Below, piece by piece: positions 14,329 to 28,060 of a stretch of 64,000 bases of DNA. A model generated the notes under the pieces. It was not told the DNA's origin. It saw nothing but the letters and a program-made list of their open reading frames with translations, and ran no database searches. A program made the position numbers and the translations under genes. Position 1 is the stretch's first letter; every line of letters begins with the position of its first letter. Origin of the DNA: the human T2T-CHM13v2.0 reference genome, Homo sapiens; assembly GCF_009914755.1 (NCBI RefSeq), contig NC_060925.1; one strand, written 5' to 3'.

Positions 14329-15117
14329 CATTCTATATTATTTCATCTATAAATGTTTACTGGTATGGATTGTTAGGGAAGAAACTTCAGTTTCCCTGAC
14401 CTCATAATTCTATATGTAGAGTCTCTTTCGAGAATAATCTCCCTCCCCTGTGTGGCCATTCCAATGAGAGGAAGATGAAGTATCAGAATGTTAAATTGGA
14501 AGAGGAAATTAGGAATGCTGCTTGGTGCTTTCCTTGTTTAGAACCATCCTTCTCAGGAGGTACCTACATTGATTCCTCTCCATTCTCCCGGTAATATGGT
14601 TGGCTTTCAATTTGTCATATTCCTGCTTCTATCTTTCAGTTGGTTATAAACTCATGAGGGAAGATTACTAGGCTTTGTACTGTGTTCTCTCAAACTTCAC
14701 AATTTAAAAAAATATCTTTTAACCTGTTTTCATTTATTTTGAATTGCTTCAATACATCTTTATTAATTCTTTAAGGTATTTTTTCTTCATTTTGCTTTAG
14801 GTTTGTCTTACACAAGCAATATATCATTGTTTATTATATCGGTATATAATAAATACCAATGTATTAAAGCACAAACCCAGTAATTTTTCCCTTTAGTGTT
14901 CAATTAATCATGTTAGTCTGTTACATTACTGATGTTTTCATTTACTTTTCGCTTTTTGTGCGTGTTTCAATTTTTATACTTCATGGATTTCTCTTCCCAT
15001 TTGGCTACAAGTAAAAAGACTTCTGTTTATGTTTCCTGCATTCATTTACAATAGGGTTTACTTTTAGCATTTAGTGATATTATTCATGTTTCCTGGATTA
15101 TCAAATTCAATAATTAA

Positions 15118-15435
<318 letters not shown>

Positions 15436-16189
15436 TAGCAAATGAAAGATAACATAGAGCGTGCTTTCATTGCCTCTCCACGTGTGTACTCCACTTCCCC
15501 CTTCCTCCCCACACCAAATTTATTTTTCTCTCCATTCTTCTATTCACCTAAATCTGTCAATTACTGGTGTTTAAAAAAGTATAATCTTGGATTTCATATC
15601 CAGATCGTTGGTATTCAATTTCTAAATTTATATTATATAAACGTGAATTAAATACTTTTTTGAAGAAACTTATGAAATCTTGTTTATGCCAATTTTTTGG
15701 CATCGCGACGGAGCTTAGCTGGTTTCAAAAACTATTGTCAGAAAAGTTTATGTCAGAGGTTAATGGCCGATGCTATTTTAAATCCAGTTGTGTTTCTGAG
15801 CAAAATCATAGGTAGCCTCAAAGGCATGAGACTCATAGACTTTTTTTTTCACTATGACTCACAAAATTTGCAAACAGAAATTTGGTAGGCTATACTTCAT
15901 ATAGGAGGAAAGAAAAATCCATTATCTCTCTACTCTTCTCAGGAAGCTTTTTATCATTGCTTTCAGGCAAAAATTTTGAAGTAAGATGTGATGCAAAATT
16001 TTTTATTGAATTCAGTATATTTGGCCCTATATTCTTGACTGTAGTAGTCAGAGGAGGCTGAACTTTGGGAACAAATAGACTCAAACATACAATGAGGCAA
16101 CAAAAAAAGTTTGGTTCCCACTCACCTAAAAGCCCATAATAATTTAGTTCAGTGAAAGGTGGGGAGTGAAAGGGGGTAGGGGTAGGGAT

Positions 16190-16485
16190 ATTCTGCTGCA
16201 CAGAATCATTCAGGGGCTCACACAAGGGCAGCTTTGTTATCTTCAACATGTAGCTTTCAAGGTCATCCTGAAAGCTAATGGGTTAGTATTCCCATTAACT
16301 AGAAAGGAAAATAAGCATAGCAGAGCATGCGTGGGAAGTTTTATAGGCCTTGCCTGGAAGTGGCCCATGTCACTTCTGCTTACATTTCTTGCACTAGAAC
16401 TCAGTCACAGGGCCAAAGCTAACCCCAAACCAGGCTAGACAATGTAGTCCAAGCAGTAGGCGCAGGAAGAAGATGAAAACAGTAT
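16190..16485 (-). mobile_element. Old MLT1 (J/K-like) LTR fragment
   Basis: cattcagggg...atcttcaacatgtagctttcaagg...ctggaagtggcccatgtcacttctgcttacatt...agaactcagtcaca...aatgtagtcc. Confidence 0.7.
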
Positions 16486-17914
16486 TCGATAAATTACCTT
16501 TACCCCATTGAATAATCTAGAAAATTCTATCAGGACACTGAACTATTAGTCAGAATTACACAACTTGACTCCTAAAGAATTCACAAATCATCAGCTGTTC
16601 TCAGTACAGAACAATTCATGAGAGACTGCATCCTCAAGTGAATTACATGGAGCTTCAAAGTCCTTTTTACATCCACAGGGAAAAACAGAAGGGTTTGCAA
16701 ACCCAATATGCTCACAAAGATGAAACAGCATTAACAAATGTAGCATTTCTGAACTTCAGCTAATTACTGATATACTTCCCTCCATCCTATTATGTAAATG
16801 TACACTAGCTGGTTATACTAAATGAGGAAAACACTCTCAACATCTGTTCTAGGATACAGAACACTTATTTGTTTAGACTAGGTCAAAGTATGATTTATTG
16901 CAGAAAAATTAATATGCATTAGGCTACGATGTCTCATATTACTTAAAAATGTATATGTTTTATCTAAATTGCTAACTTAAACCTTTAAACAACTGGGGAG
17001 GAGGCTTAAGATATTTTGTCTTTATAATTGCCACCAAACTGCTTTTAAGTTATCGGTAGACTGAATATATATGCTTCTCAAGGCATTAAGAGTAGAGTAG
17101 TGAATCTTATAAACATGGAACACACCCACAGTGCCCTAAATAAAATTTTGTTATCTTTCATTTTATCTATGAAATACATAAGTGTTTAATGCCCCTGGCA
17201 CAGTGGGCATTTTGTTTTGTTTTTATTTGTTTGTTTTTTGCACTGCTGTTAGCTTTTCTGTGTAGCAGCAAGCAGGCTGACTGCATGATGCTGGGATTTC
17301 ATTATATTCACTATTAAACAAAAGCTCTTATTTCACACAGTATGTGAACAAACCTATTCTGAGTGCAGCATCGTTCTAAAGGATTATTTATTGTAATTGT
17401 TTTCTCTATTCACTGGGAATCCTAACTTCCGTGGTTCTGCACTTTATTTCAGTGTCAGCCATTCTGACAGCTAGCACCTGCGCACATTCTGGTTATTGAA
17501 ATAGTTTCTTTTCATACACAGTGATCCTCTCTTCTCATCCTGCAGAGTTTACTATCTTTCTAAAAGTCTCCCTAGTTTACACAGTTTGTTGAGAATAATT
17601 AGGATCCTTTTTCAATTTACGTGAAAGCAGGCTAGTATAGTGAAAGCAGCCTCAGACCTAGAATTAGGATTTTAAAGTTTCATTCTTAGCCCTTCCATGA
17701 ATTCCATGAATTAATTTCCAAAGCTACTTAAATTCAAATACATACATCTATAAGATGAAGAAATTTGGCAATTTTATGAACATTTTTCAACTGTAGAATT
17801 CTAGGTGTGCATATTTTATATTTATTTATTTATTCTATCAACATACATTGATTATCAGTTACTGTGCTAGGTACTGGGAATAATAATATGCACTAAGCTA
17901 TCTCATGTCTTAAC

Positions 17915-18070
17915 TCAGTTAATCCTCATGCTCTCACTTTATATTGAAGAAATTGGCATACACAAAGTTTAATGACTTGACCAAGTCTGCATGGTCGTAA
18001 GTGACCCAGGTTGAATTTAAAGCCAGGGTGCCCAGCTACAGAGCCTGACTTCGTAGCCACTGTGTTACAT
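17915..18070 (-). mobile_element. MIR
   Basis: gaagaaattggcatacacaaagtttaatgacttgaccaagtc...gttgaatttaaagccagg. Confidence 0.7.
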
Positions 18071-18107
18071 TGCCCGGAAAACAAAGGTGAACTGGAGGAG
18101 TTTCCCT

Positions 18108-18111
<4 letters not shown>

Positions 18112-18154
<43 letters not shown>

Positions 18155-18388
18155 TAGATAGATAGATAGATAGATAGATTATATATATATGATATATATA
18201 TATAAAAGATATAAAAAAGATATATATAAGATATATATAAAAGATATATATATAAAAGATATATATAAAAGATATATATATAAAAGATATATATAAAAGA
18301 TATATATAAAAGATATATATATAAAAGATATATATATAAAAGATATATATATATATAAAAGATATATATATATAAGATATGTATATAT
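18112..18388. repeat. AT-rich compound repeat (TA)n-(TAGA)n-(TATATAAAAGA)n
   Basis: Seen directly; variable-length AAAAGA(TA)n units. Confidence 0.95.
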
Positions 18389-18645
18389 CTTTTTTTTTTT
18401 TTGAGACAGAGTCTTGCTCTGTCGCCCCGAGCTGGAGTGCAATGGCACATTCTTGGCTCACTGCAACCTCTCCCTCCCAGGTTCAAGTTTCTCCTGCCTC
18501 AGACTCCCAAGTAGCTGGGATTACAGGTGCACGCCACCATGCCCAACTAATTTTTGTATCTTTAGTAGAGACAGAGTTTCACCATGTTGGCCAGGCTGGT
18601 CTCGAACTCCTAACCTGAGGTGATCCACCTTCCTTGGCCTCCCAA
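18389..18645 (-). mobile_element. AluS, 5'-truncated, TSD GAGTTTCCCTTTT
   Basis: polyT-gagacagagtcttgctctgtcg...ccttggcctcccaa; TSD at 18098-18110 and 18646-18658. Confidence 0.93.
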
Positions 18646-18784
18646 GAGTTTCCCTTTTTAAAGAGTTCACAGGCTACAGAGGAAGGTTGACATGTAAACA
18701 AAATGCTACTTTCTGATACTATTGATACACAAAATCATTGGCCTTGCAGCAGTCATTCTTGTTGTTTTAAATGTATTATGACAA

Positions 18785-18945
18785 AGCTCACAACCAATCT
18801 TTAAGGTGTTTATAATTGTCTCCAGTTTTTTTATATAGGAAAGCTGAGCCTCTGAGAAATTAGCTAATTTCCCCAGTATCCCATAGTTTATAAGTGACTG
18901 AGCTAAGATTAAAACTCACGTCTGATTCCAAATCCCATTTTTGTC
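18785..18945 (-). mobile_element. MIR
   Basis: aggaaagctgagcctctgagaaattagctaatttcccc...gagctaagattaaaactcacgtctgattcca. Confidence 0.7.
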
Positions 18946-19294
18946 ATCCTCTGTCACACTCCATTGCATAAACAGAATTTCTCCTTTAAGGTTCTCTGAA
19001 ATTTACGTCTTTATTACTGTACTTATTCTTCACATGAATTACATTTTAAAGGATGAAAAGTTTGCCCAGATTTGCCAACAATGCGTAATAGAACGAAATT
19101 ATCATCCTTATTAATTTCTCAAAGAATTCACAAAGCAAAAGTCTGAGATTATCCAGAATCATTTGACTGAAGCCAAACAGTGGCTTTATACCTTTGCTCC
19201 CTGCCTGTTAGGAGGTGAATTCATGCAGTCTCTATAAAACTTAAATAACTATCAGAAAAACATCAGAATGTCAGGAGTAGGTGGTACCAGAGAG

Positions 19295-19420
19295 TGATTC
19301 CCTCATTTTCTAAATGGGGAGATTGAGACCTAGATTTAAGTCTTTTGCCCAAAGTTGTATAATTAGTTAAGTGACTGAATTAAAAACAGAATTCGGATCT
19401 TCTGCCTTTCTCTTCTGTTT
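19295..19420 (-). mobile_element. MIR
   Basis: cattttctaaatggggagattgagacctag...ttgcccaaagttgtataattagttaagtgac. Confidence 0.65.
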
Positions 19421-19710
19421 TATTTTCATTATCCTGTAATATCTAAACCCAAAATTTTATCACCTAGTAAATTTTGAAAAAGCAGTTATGCTCATTGATT
19501 TATAGGTAAATATAGACTGAATAATTCAGTATATTTGGTGAGTGATTATTTGGCAATCCATATATTTAAAATGTTTCCAAGGTGACTGAATAAAATTCAT
19601 TATTAATCTTCATTATACAGATGTCTTTCAAAAGTTGGTTTAGTATCACTATACATCTGAGTAGAAATAAGAGGAAAGAGAGGAGAGGAAACGAATAATA
19701 TGACAGTCAC

Positions 19711-19860
19711 AAATAAATTAACATTAAATAAATTTAATATAATAAATATAATTAAATAAATGTAATGTAAATTAATTAACATTAAATAAATGTAAGTAAA
19801 ATAACAGTAAATATCATTAACAGATATTTAACGTTATTTTAACATTTATCATTTAACAGA
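19711..19860. repeat. AT-rich degenerate tandem repeat (attaacattaaataaatgtaa-like units)
   Basis: Seen directly. Confidence 0.7.
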
Positions 19861-20489
19861 TAGAGAGAATAGATAAATAAGAAAGAAATGAGTGAAGACA
19901 AGCTAGCAAGCTTGAATGTACCAAGGATGTTTCCCCACAATTTGGATGCTTTTGTCCCAAATTTATCTGCCATAATTCTTGTACATACTGCTATTATTTA
20001 TACTATTTCTACCATACTCTGCCCCTAATCATTCCACTTCTCTCCCTTCACACACATATACACATACACAAAACACACAAACGTGCATTGTCAGACATAA
20101 GCATATTTGGCAATTCCTCTGAAGTTTAATAATGATGCTATGGCGAAGACCCAAGGGGATTAATTCAGTATTGTTCATTCTATAAATGGCTCTCACATAT
20201 TGGCTTAAAAGAATTCAATCCATAAATTATCTTGCTTCACGTACTGAAGCAAAACTTTTTTTTCTAGAAGCACTAGGAAACATGCTGAAAAAGCTGGATT
20301 TAGATAAATACACGTTATAAACTATATGTTTGTACTGACTAAAGTAATGTTTGAAACTTCTACATCATTTTGAAGAGTATATTTAGCAAAAGGCACCCTG
20401 CGATGATTTTCAGGGTTTGGTCCTTTGGCTGCTTATTAGAACATGAATCTAGAGGAATACACCATCACAAATGCACACATATAAGTTAT

Positions 20490-20492
<3 letters not shown>

Positions 20493-20535
<43 letters not shown>

Positions 20536-20537
20536 GG

Positions 20538-20587
<50 letters not shown>
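20493..20587. repeat. (CA)n(TA)n(GA)n compound microsatellite
   Basis: Seen directly. Confidence 0.95.
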
Positions 20588-20590
<3 letters not shown>

Positions 20591-23289
20591 AGATTTGCCG
20601 TTGTTTGTTCTTTCCTGACTTTGACTTTATCACTTTTCTTCCGTTTGGCGTGGAGTCATTTTCAACCCAGAGTATTTTACCCTGTTAGAAATTGCTTTCT
20701 TACTGCTAGCTCATAGTCAAACTCTATTATTCCTATTACTTCATGTATATTTTTTGAAGTGATGATTGCCAACCTAAAAACAACTACAAACAAAATAAAC
20801 ACAGGCTCCCATCTAGCAAACATTTTGCTCCTGTGTTAAAGGAAAGAAATTGTTTTATTTTTCACTTTTAGGAAAAGGAGAAATAATAAAAATATGCATA
20901 TTTCATTACTACAGAAGCATGTTGATGTTCCGTAAACAAAAGGCAAAAGATCACTCATAGACCCTTAACACTAAATCCTCTTAACAAAGATAAGTGCATG
21001 GGAGAATACACTTCAGTTAAACTGGATATCAGACTCATTAAGTAAAAATAGTCTTGGCACACTAGTCATTAATTGAACTGTATGTCTAATATTTAAAACA
21101 AAGGTCCAATTATGTCTCCCTCAATAGAAAAATTCATGTATTCTTTAACTGCATGTTTAATAACAGTATTACTTCAACTGAGGGATTATAGAAATCACAG
21201 AATTAAATGTTAACTTTTTACACCATGAAAGTCCCAAGGTGAATAAAAAAGGTTTAATTCTTAGTTTTTTTTCAATTTTGTTGTATTAAGAAAAGAAGTA
21301 TTTTACTTATTTTTTGGGTGATTATTGATGTTTCTAATATTTAATGTTCAGTTCTTTTAGGAAGTTTCCTTCATATTTCTTAGCTCCTCATATCTCTTTT
21401 GGTTGGCATTGTTCTCACTATTATCGTTTTAATCTCTTCTCTTACTCTTGCCATGAAAAAAACAGAAATCTTCCAAGTATTCTTTGTGAATGTAAACTAT
21501 AAAAGTATTTAAATTCATTTGATTAATATTCAGATAACCTCTGAGCAGTTCTAGCATCTCAAATTTATTCTTTTTTCATTATGAAACACTGGATCTAAGT
21601 ATGCCTATGGAAATTCACTAACTCTCACCTCATCCGGTCCTGCTTCACTCCACAATGCTTAACCTTCTTTTCTGTTTTGTGTCTTGATCTGACCCAGCCC
21701 TTTGTACCCTGACTAAACAAACAACATTCTGTCCCATAACTCTTATGAAGCTAAGCAAATGATGTTTCTTCTGACTGGAAGATCTTTCTTTCTTTTTTTT
21801 TTTTTAATTTTAGAAATCTGTTGAATTCAATTTAATCCTTTAAACTCCATCAGGGCTAAGGCCTATTAGAAGCTTTCAGTGAAACCCCAAGGTTGAGTTT
21901 GGTGTATATCTTATATCCTTGCACAGCACCTTACGATTGGTTTATCAAAGCACTTGTCACACTGTATTAAAACTATGGGTTTCTTTTATTTTTCTCCTTT
22001 CCTGGATAATGAGTTTGAAAAACAGTAGCCCAGGCTGTAGCACCTTGATTCTCTTATAGTAAGCAGTAAGTAAATAACTAAGTGAATATATAAATGTAGA
22101 TGTACCAAAGTGTATCATCATTGGAGATGTTATAGGAACTAATACTTTATTTAAAAGACAACTCTATGCCTTTTTCTCCCCTGAGTTGTTCCAAATAAGT
22201 GTTAATTAGCTTAAAAAAAAACATAAAATACAGAAGAGTATCCTAAATTACAAGCAGATATGAAAGATGAAGTAAATGAAAAGTAAAGTTAGGGGCATAA
22301 AATGGATCCAGAAATAAAACACTAAGGTGATGACTATGAATTCAAATAACTCTGTTTTCTTCTAGTCCCATGATAGTGCCTTTGCCCTACTCAAACTTTG
22401 AACACCGAGATTTTCCCTTTATTCAAGGTGATGGCCATTTGTGATCTGCAATTTCTTCTAGTCTTAAGTTTGACATATTGCCTAAATTGCCCAAGGCTTT
22501 GGAGAAAACTTTAGGAATAGCTTTAAAAAACTGGTCATTTCCCTAGAAGCCTCCTCCTCTTACTCCCCAGTGGCTTCTCATTTCAAGCTTCCGTATAATT
22601 GTACTAAGTTATACTAATTGGAACATTCAATTCCACATGTTTGGAGCTAGTTATATTGGAAGATAACGTGCATATTTGCATAAATGAATACGTAGCAGAT
22701 GCAAAATAATGCACAAATATGTGCCTGTAACTTATTGGATAAAAAACTTACTTCACAGCACACCCAAAAATGACTTTCCTATTTATTTGATCATAGGAAG
22801 AATTAATCAATTCTATTTTACTAAAAACGTGTGTACAAAATAATTTCTGATACCAAATAAAATGGTCAATATTTAGATCTGACTTTCATGAGTAAAAATT
22901 GAAATAATGTCTAGAGCTCTTTTCACCTTAGTCTGGTTGGCTCTTTGTTTTTTTCCAATTAGCAGCTCTTTTTACTCACATCTGTTTTGTTCTTCAAAAT
23001 CAGGGCAATTATTAAATGTTTTAATATCTCTGCATCTCAATTTTCTTATCTATAAAAAATGGAATTAGTGCTGCTTCTCTCTGAGTAAAAACAGTATGCA
23101 AATTTCAGGTTATCTTTATTGAATCCACCTGGATATTTGGGGAGAAAAAAACAGTATTAGAAGTATATTAGTCAAGACACCATCTACTAATTTTCCTGGG
23201 AGAAAAAAAATTAATTGTGAGGCAAACCTAATATCTTTTCTCTATTTTGCCTAGTAGAATGATTCACCTGGAGGACTCTAAACTGTTTA

Positions 23290-23640
23290 ACCCTTTATTT
23301 ATTCAACAACTATTTTTGGACACCTTTTTATGGACCAGGTACTATTCTAAGTAACAGGAACACATCAGTACATCAGTGTACAAAGGACAGCAAAATCCGT
23401 TTCCACATAGAGCTGACATTCTGGAGTCAGTTCACTTACATTCACATATATGTATATATTTATAACATTTATAAATTTACAAATATATATAAATAGGGTA
23501 TTATTGCCCTGAATTTACAGAAGTGAAAACTGAGAGTCAGAGAAGTAAAGTACCTCACCCAAGGTTTCAAAGGCCCAGTAAATTATGGACCAGTAAGTTA
23601 TCTGCTAATACTTATAGTAAATTATATCTGACCACAAGGC
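23290..23640 (-). mobile_element. L2 3' end (23290-23430) followed by MIR (23500-23640)
   Basis: ttattcaacaactatttttggacacc...ccaggtactattctaag...catagagctgacattctgg; tttacagaagtgaaaactgagagtcagagaagtaaagtacctcacccaagg. Confidence 0.65.
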
Positions 23641-25601
23641 CCACATTTCCAAAACTGGCACTCTTAACTGGAAGAATACATACAAATGGAGTGGAGAACA
23701 GATGGCCTCTGTCACAAGATTAGGGAACCCCATTCATTTTACTATTATTAGTAACCTTCATATTAAAGGGGTAGGTCTTCCACTCCTTGCTGATTTCTTA
23801 TCCCTGGGATTCTACTTTCTTACACAAATCTATATTACTTGATTCATCACACTTTCTAAATTTTTCAAATTCTATATTTGATTTCTAATAAATCAGCTTT
23901 TTGATTTTCACTGTGATCTTCCCTTTTCTAACCAGATTTTTCCTGCGTCCTGTTTTTTTGTTTTGTTTTTCAATTCACTTGAATCCATGGGCTTTCTGAG
24001 ACTCATTCATTCTTTCATTTTGTAATTTACAATAACAACTATGAACCTAGTGTCCACAAGGCTTCTGCTAAGAACAGAACATGAATGCAAATAAAATGGG
24101 GAATCTGTCCAAGTCTACATTCACTAGCTCCCTTTGGCTTAATCAAATGTGTCAATTTTTTTTTCTCGTGTGTGTGTGTGTGTGTTTGTGTGTGTCACAA
24201 GGTTTAATTATGATAATTTTCATGACCCCTTTTCATTATTTTAATTTTTTAAAAAGTGGACAAGAAATACACGCATACACAAACACATAAGGAAAAAGTT
24301 ACGAATAAGGACTTGGAGAATAAACACCTAATATCCCCCTACTTAGAAATAACCCATTGCATTAATGCTTAAAAATGTCTTTCTATCTATAGTAAGGCTT
24401 TCTGTGAATAACTCAAAATGAACTGATTTATTCAACCAACCAACTAGCTCTATCTGTATAGTCAATTATATAGTCAATTATATCAATTACCTCAACAAAG
24501 TGCTAGGTAATTAAATTGAATAGAAATCCACAGTGACAGGTATGATGTTATTTATTGTATATGTATATTTTCTATATATAGTGAACGTGGAAGGTGTATT
24601 AGAGAAATAATAAAACATTAAACATTTCTAAATTTCAGGGAACCTAAATCTTCTCAAATTGACTTACCACATAACTGAATCTACCGGAGCTTATGAAAAT
24701 GTATTATATTTCATCTTGAACCCCATTTGGGGAAAGGGGCAAAGTTTCTCTTCAAATTATAACTCATGAAGCTACTGTAATTCTATGCGCACAATCAATA
24801 TTGATTAATAAAGATGAAAGGAAGGGCTGTCTTGAACCTGGCATGATACTGTCTTTAGGGAATCTTCAGGTTATCAGGGGATGTGCAAGTCCATGCTGGT
24901 AACGTAGACCACTGTACTCAATTTTGGGCTTTGACAAACTAAACTTTGTTCAGTAGGCTTTGGCTAATTTCCTCTGGAAAATCAGCTCAGCAAAATCTAG
25001 AAGTAGCTCTCAATTTTTGACTTTAAAGGGCCAAGTTCACAAAATTAACACTTTGCAAACCTTTTATAACAAGAAACTTTTTCAGACATACTCACAATCA
25101 CATCCCTTCACACCTGAGATATCAGTTATATATGTGTGGCATCAGTATTAAACACAATTAGTACTAAACAAAACCAGTATTAAACAGTTTTTCATGGAAC
25201 ATTTGGAAAAGGGTGAATTATCAAAGGTATGACTCAGGGAGAAGCAAATGGCAAAACTGATTGTTTAAATCATTTGAAAATCCTGTTGGGTCTATTTTCT
25301 TAATATGAGACAAGTTAATATTATGTCTGCAGCAATATGTCGACTTATAACTGTACTTATCTACCTGAAATTTATTGTTAAAAAAGGTAGCCTCTGTCAT
25401 GATTTAAAAAGCACTTCCCTACTGTTTTAAAATTTTCTCCCTTTTTCCTACTGTTTTCCCTCTTAAGTTAAAGTGATTAACAAAGTCTTATTCTCTACCT
25501 ATTCTAGAGTGTCTGACACCCTGACAAAGCCACTAAAACACCTTTGTTAGCCCGACAGAATGTCTTCAGGCTCTACCTCAAATGTTCCAGCTCCCATCTT
25601 G

Positions 25602-26025
25602 TGTTAGAAGAGAATTCTGCATGGGTCTTTCACATTTCTGCACACTTTGTAAGCAGAGACACTGACAGCTTTTGTTCCTATCTTTTCAGTCTTGGAAGAA
25701 AGAAGTAGTTCTCCCTATGGAGTAAAGGGCAGATTTGTTTACAATCCAGTTTAATAAAGATAATTTCCCTCTCTATGGCAAAGGGCAGGTTTGTTTGCTG
25801 CCATTATATATTTTTTTTAAAAAGAGTTTTCCAAAGCTCAGGATGCTTCAACTATGACATAAACCCACTATGTACAGTTGTCACCTAGCCCTCATCTTAT
25901 CACCTTGTAGTAACTGGGTCTTAAGGAACTGATGCAAGAAAATGACAACACTCTGACTACTTCTATTGCTATGAGTAATACATTGCCTTTTGTCTTTGTC
26001 CACTGTATCCATGAAACTGCTGTAG
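25602..26025 (+). mobile_element. ERV solo LTR (ERVL class, LTR47-like)
   Basis: tgttagaagagaattctgcatgggtctttcacatttctgcac...gcagagacactgacagcttttgttcc; internal repeat aaagggcag(a/g)tttgttt; family recalled from memory. Confidence 0.6.
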
Positions 26026-26629
26026 ACTCTTCAGCGTTCCTGGTATCTTTTTTACCCAGTTTCTGTTCTTTTGCTTTATGGATAGACTCTCTTCTATCTA
26101 TTTAGTTCCCTACTCAAGTTTCTGCCTCCTTAAGTTGACTTTCTCGGTCTAAATTTCCTGCTTGACTAGGGAAAAGAGAATCCGATTAAATAAGTGGCAA
26201 CAAACTAAAGTCAGAAGAATAAAAAGTGTTAATCCAAAAACAATTGTGGCTTGTATATGGAGTATAGGTCCCATGCAAATCTGTACAGCAGCTGGGTTTT
26301 CAATTTCATCCCTATCAGAGACATCGTTTTAAAGACCTCTTGGGTCTTGGAGTTTAAGAGGATTGCTGGGCTGGGTGCCTTGTTTATTTGATAGATTTTA
26401 CTCTGCTTTTTCATTTCTTAGTGCTCACTGCTAAAAATATTCTTTCCTTAGTAGATATATGTCTCTCTTCCCTCCCCTCCACTTCCCAAGCCCTCAACCC
26501 TCCAACAATAAAATCAGTATACACATATTCAGAAAAGCATGGCTAGTGATAAATGATCAGGAATTTTTACTTGTTTGTTACCTCTTATTTCAGAGAGTTC
26601 CAGAGGGATGAGCAGTAGCTCTCTGCAAT

Positions 26630-26800
26630 AAGAGTCCTGAGAATCAGTGGGAACCTCTTAAAATTCAGGTTTCCAGGCCATACACTCCCAACCCCAAGGA
26701 TTCTGATTCAGCATGGCTGATGTGGGTACCAGGAGTTTTCCATTTTTAATGAGTTTCTTTGGCAATTTTACTACAATTTGTTTGCAGAACACTCCATGAG
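26630..26800. mobile_element. MER5A-like hAT-Charlie DNA transposon
   Basis: ttaaaattcaggtttccaggcc...ccccaaggattctgattcagcatggctgatgtggg...cagga...catttttaatgag. Confidence 0.65.
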
Positions 26801-27928
26801 AAATCCTGCTCCAAAAACTGCCTCCTGACTTGGTATCATGCACATTTGTGCAGTATAATAGAGACAGTTCAACCCTAAGTATATAGATTAGTCACTGACA
26901 AATGTTAGTTGATGACAGTGATTTGCTCTGGTGTACAGCTCAACTGTTAGAAGTGTTTTGAAAGTTATTTTTTGGCCCATGAGACTGAAAGACTCATATT
27001 AATATGAAACAACTGCTGATTAGCTTTAACATTTCTGGATATATTTGGAACAATTTCTTCTGATCTGCAGCATAATACCACGTGCACATTATTAGCAAGG
27101 ACCATATATAGAAAGATAAGTAAGTAGAATTTTAAAAATGAAAACTATAGTTTGTAAATACTTTGGGTAAAATACAATTATCCCAAAGGTATTTTATTGG
27201 AAGAAGTTAAACAGTATGAACATTTTTTAGATAAAGACTTAGGGGAGATTTTTGAAAAGTAAAAACGATTGTAGTCATTGCTGTTGAAATCATAAGATAT
27301 ATAATAGGATGTTACTGGAAAATCATCTTATATCAGTGTGGTGGGAGCATTGAGGAAAAGTGTGTAACATACTAGCATTGACGGTTCTGCAGGTATCCAA
27401 TTTATATTCTAACTTCTTAACAACAATGCTTATGGAAAAATTCTTTCTTCACTTTCTTTTTCCCAAACGAAATAGAAATAAGTCACCCAACTAACAGAAG
27501 CATCACACTTCAGCTCTTTTCTTTGAGTACAGATGAGTATACTTCATTTTCATCAGGCTTGATTGGGAGTTACGCACTTAAATTTAGTGTTAGTGCACTT
27601 CAGGTAAAGCTCATGAGGAAAACACCAGCATATGGCTACAGTGCTTTTGAGGTAAGGACACCACAGTTTAGAATGCCAGGGATTAGGAGAGTATTAAACA
27701 CATTTCACTCCATACATCAGACTGAATTATTGTGGGTTTACTTGGGACAATTGTTGTTACATTAACCAATTTAACCAACATTTCAACATCTACACGTCTT
27801 CAGTGTTAGTAGGTGATTTTTACCAATAGACAACCTCTTAAAAACAGCAACATAAATTTCAGTCAGAATTTTTCAAGGTGTTTTATCTTTTCTCAGAACT
27901 TATCTTGATAAAAGGTGATGACACTTAC

Positions 27929-28060
27929 AGTTGACAACAACTTTTACTTTCCTCACATCTGGGAATGACACATCATTTTCCGCACTGCATTCATATTCCC
28001 CAGCCTGGTCCCTTGTAATTCCATAAATGTCCAAATATTGTCCATTTTCAAATGGTTTTG
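27929..28060 (-). CDS. NEGR1: NEGR1 internal coding exon (132 bp, phase 1-1; C-terminal half of Ig-like domain 2; probably exon 4)
   Basis: Minus strand reads tgctgtattcttttttatAG|CAAAACCATTTGAAAATGGA...GTTGTCAACT|GTaagtgt. The translation (A)[43 protein letters not shown](F) matches the human NEGR1 sequence as I recall it and contains the Ig F-strand motif (AGEYEC). It lies within ORF-track frame 27900..28109. Confidence 0.96.

Noticed and set aside
15699-15720. Small CpG cluster (gcatcgcgacgg) resembling a TCGCGA promoter motif
   Set aside because: Only three CpGs, no CpG island, and the motif flanks do not match.
17926-18486. Longest ORFs in the track (186, 141 and 89 aa, Ile/Tyr-rich)
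   Set aside because: They are read-through of an Alu arm and the AT-rich minisatellite, which lacks stops in those frames; there is no gene structure.
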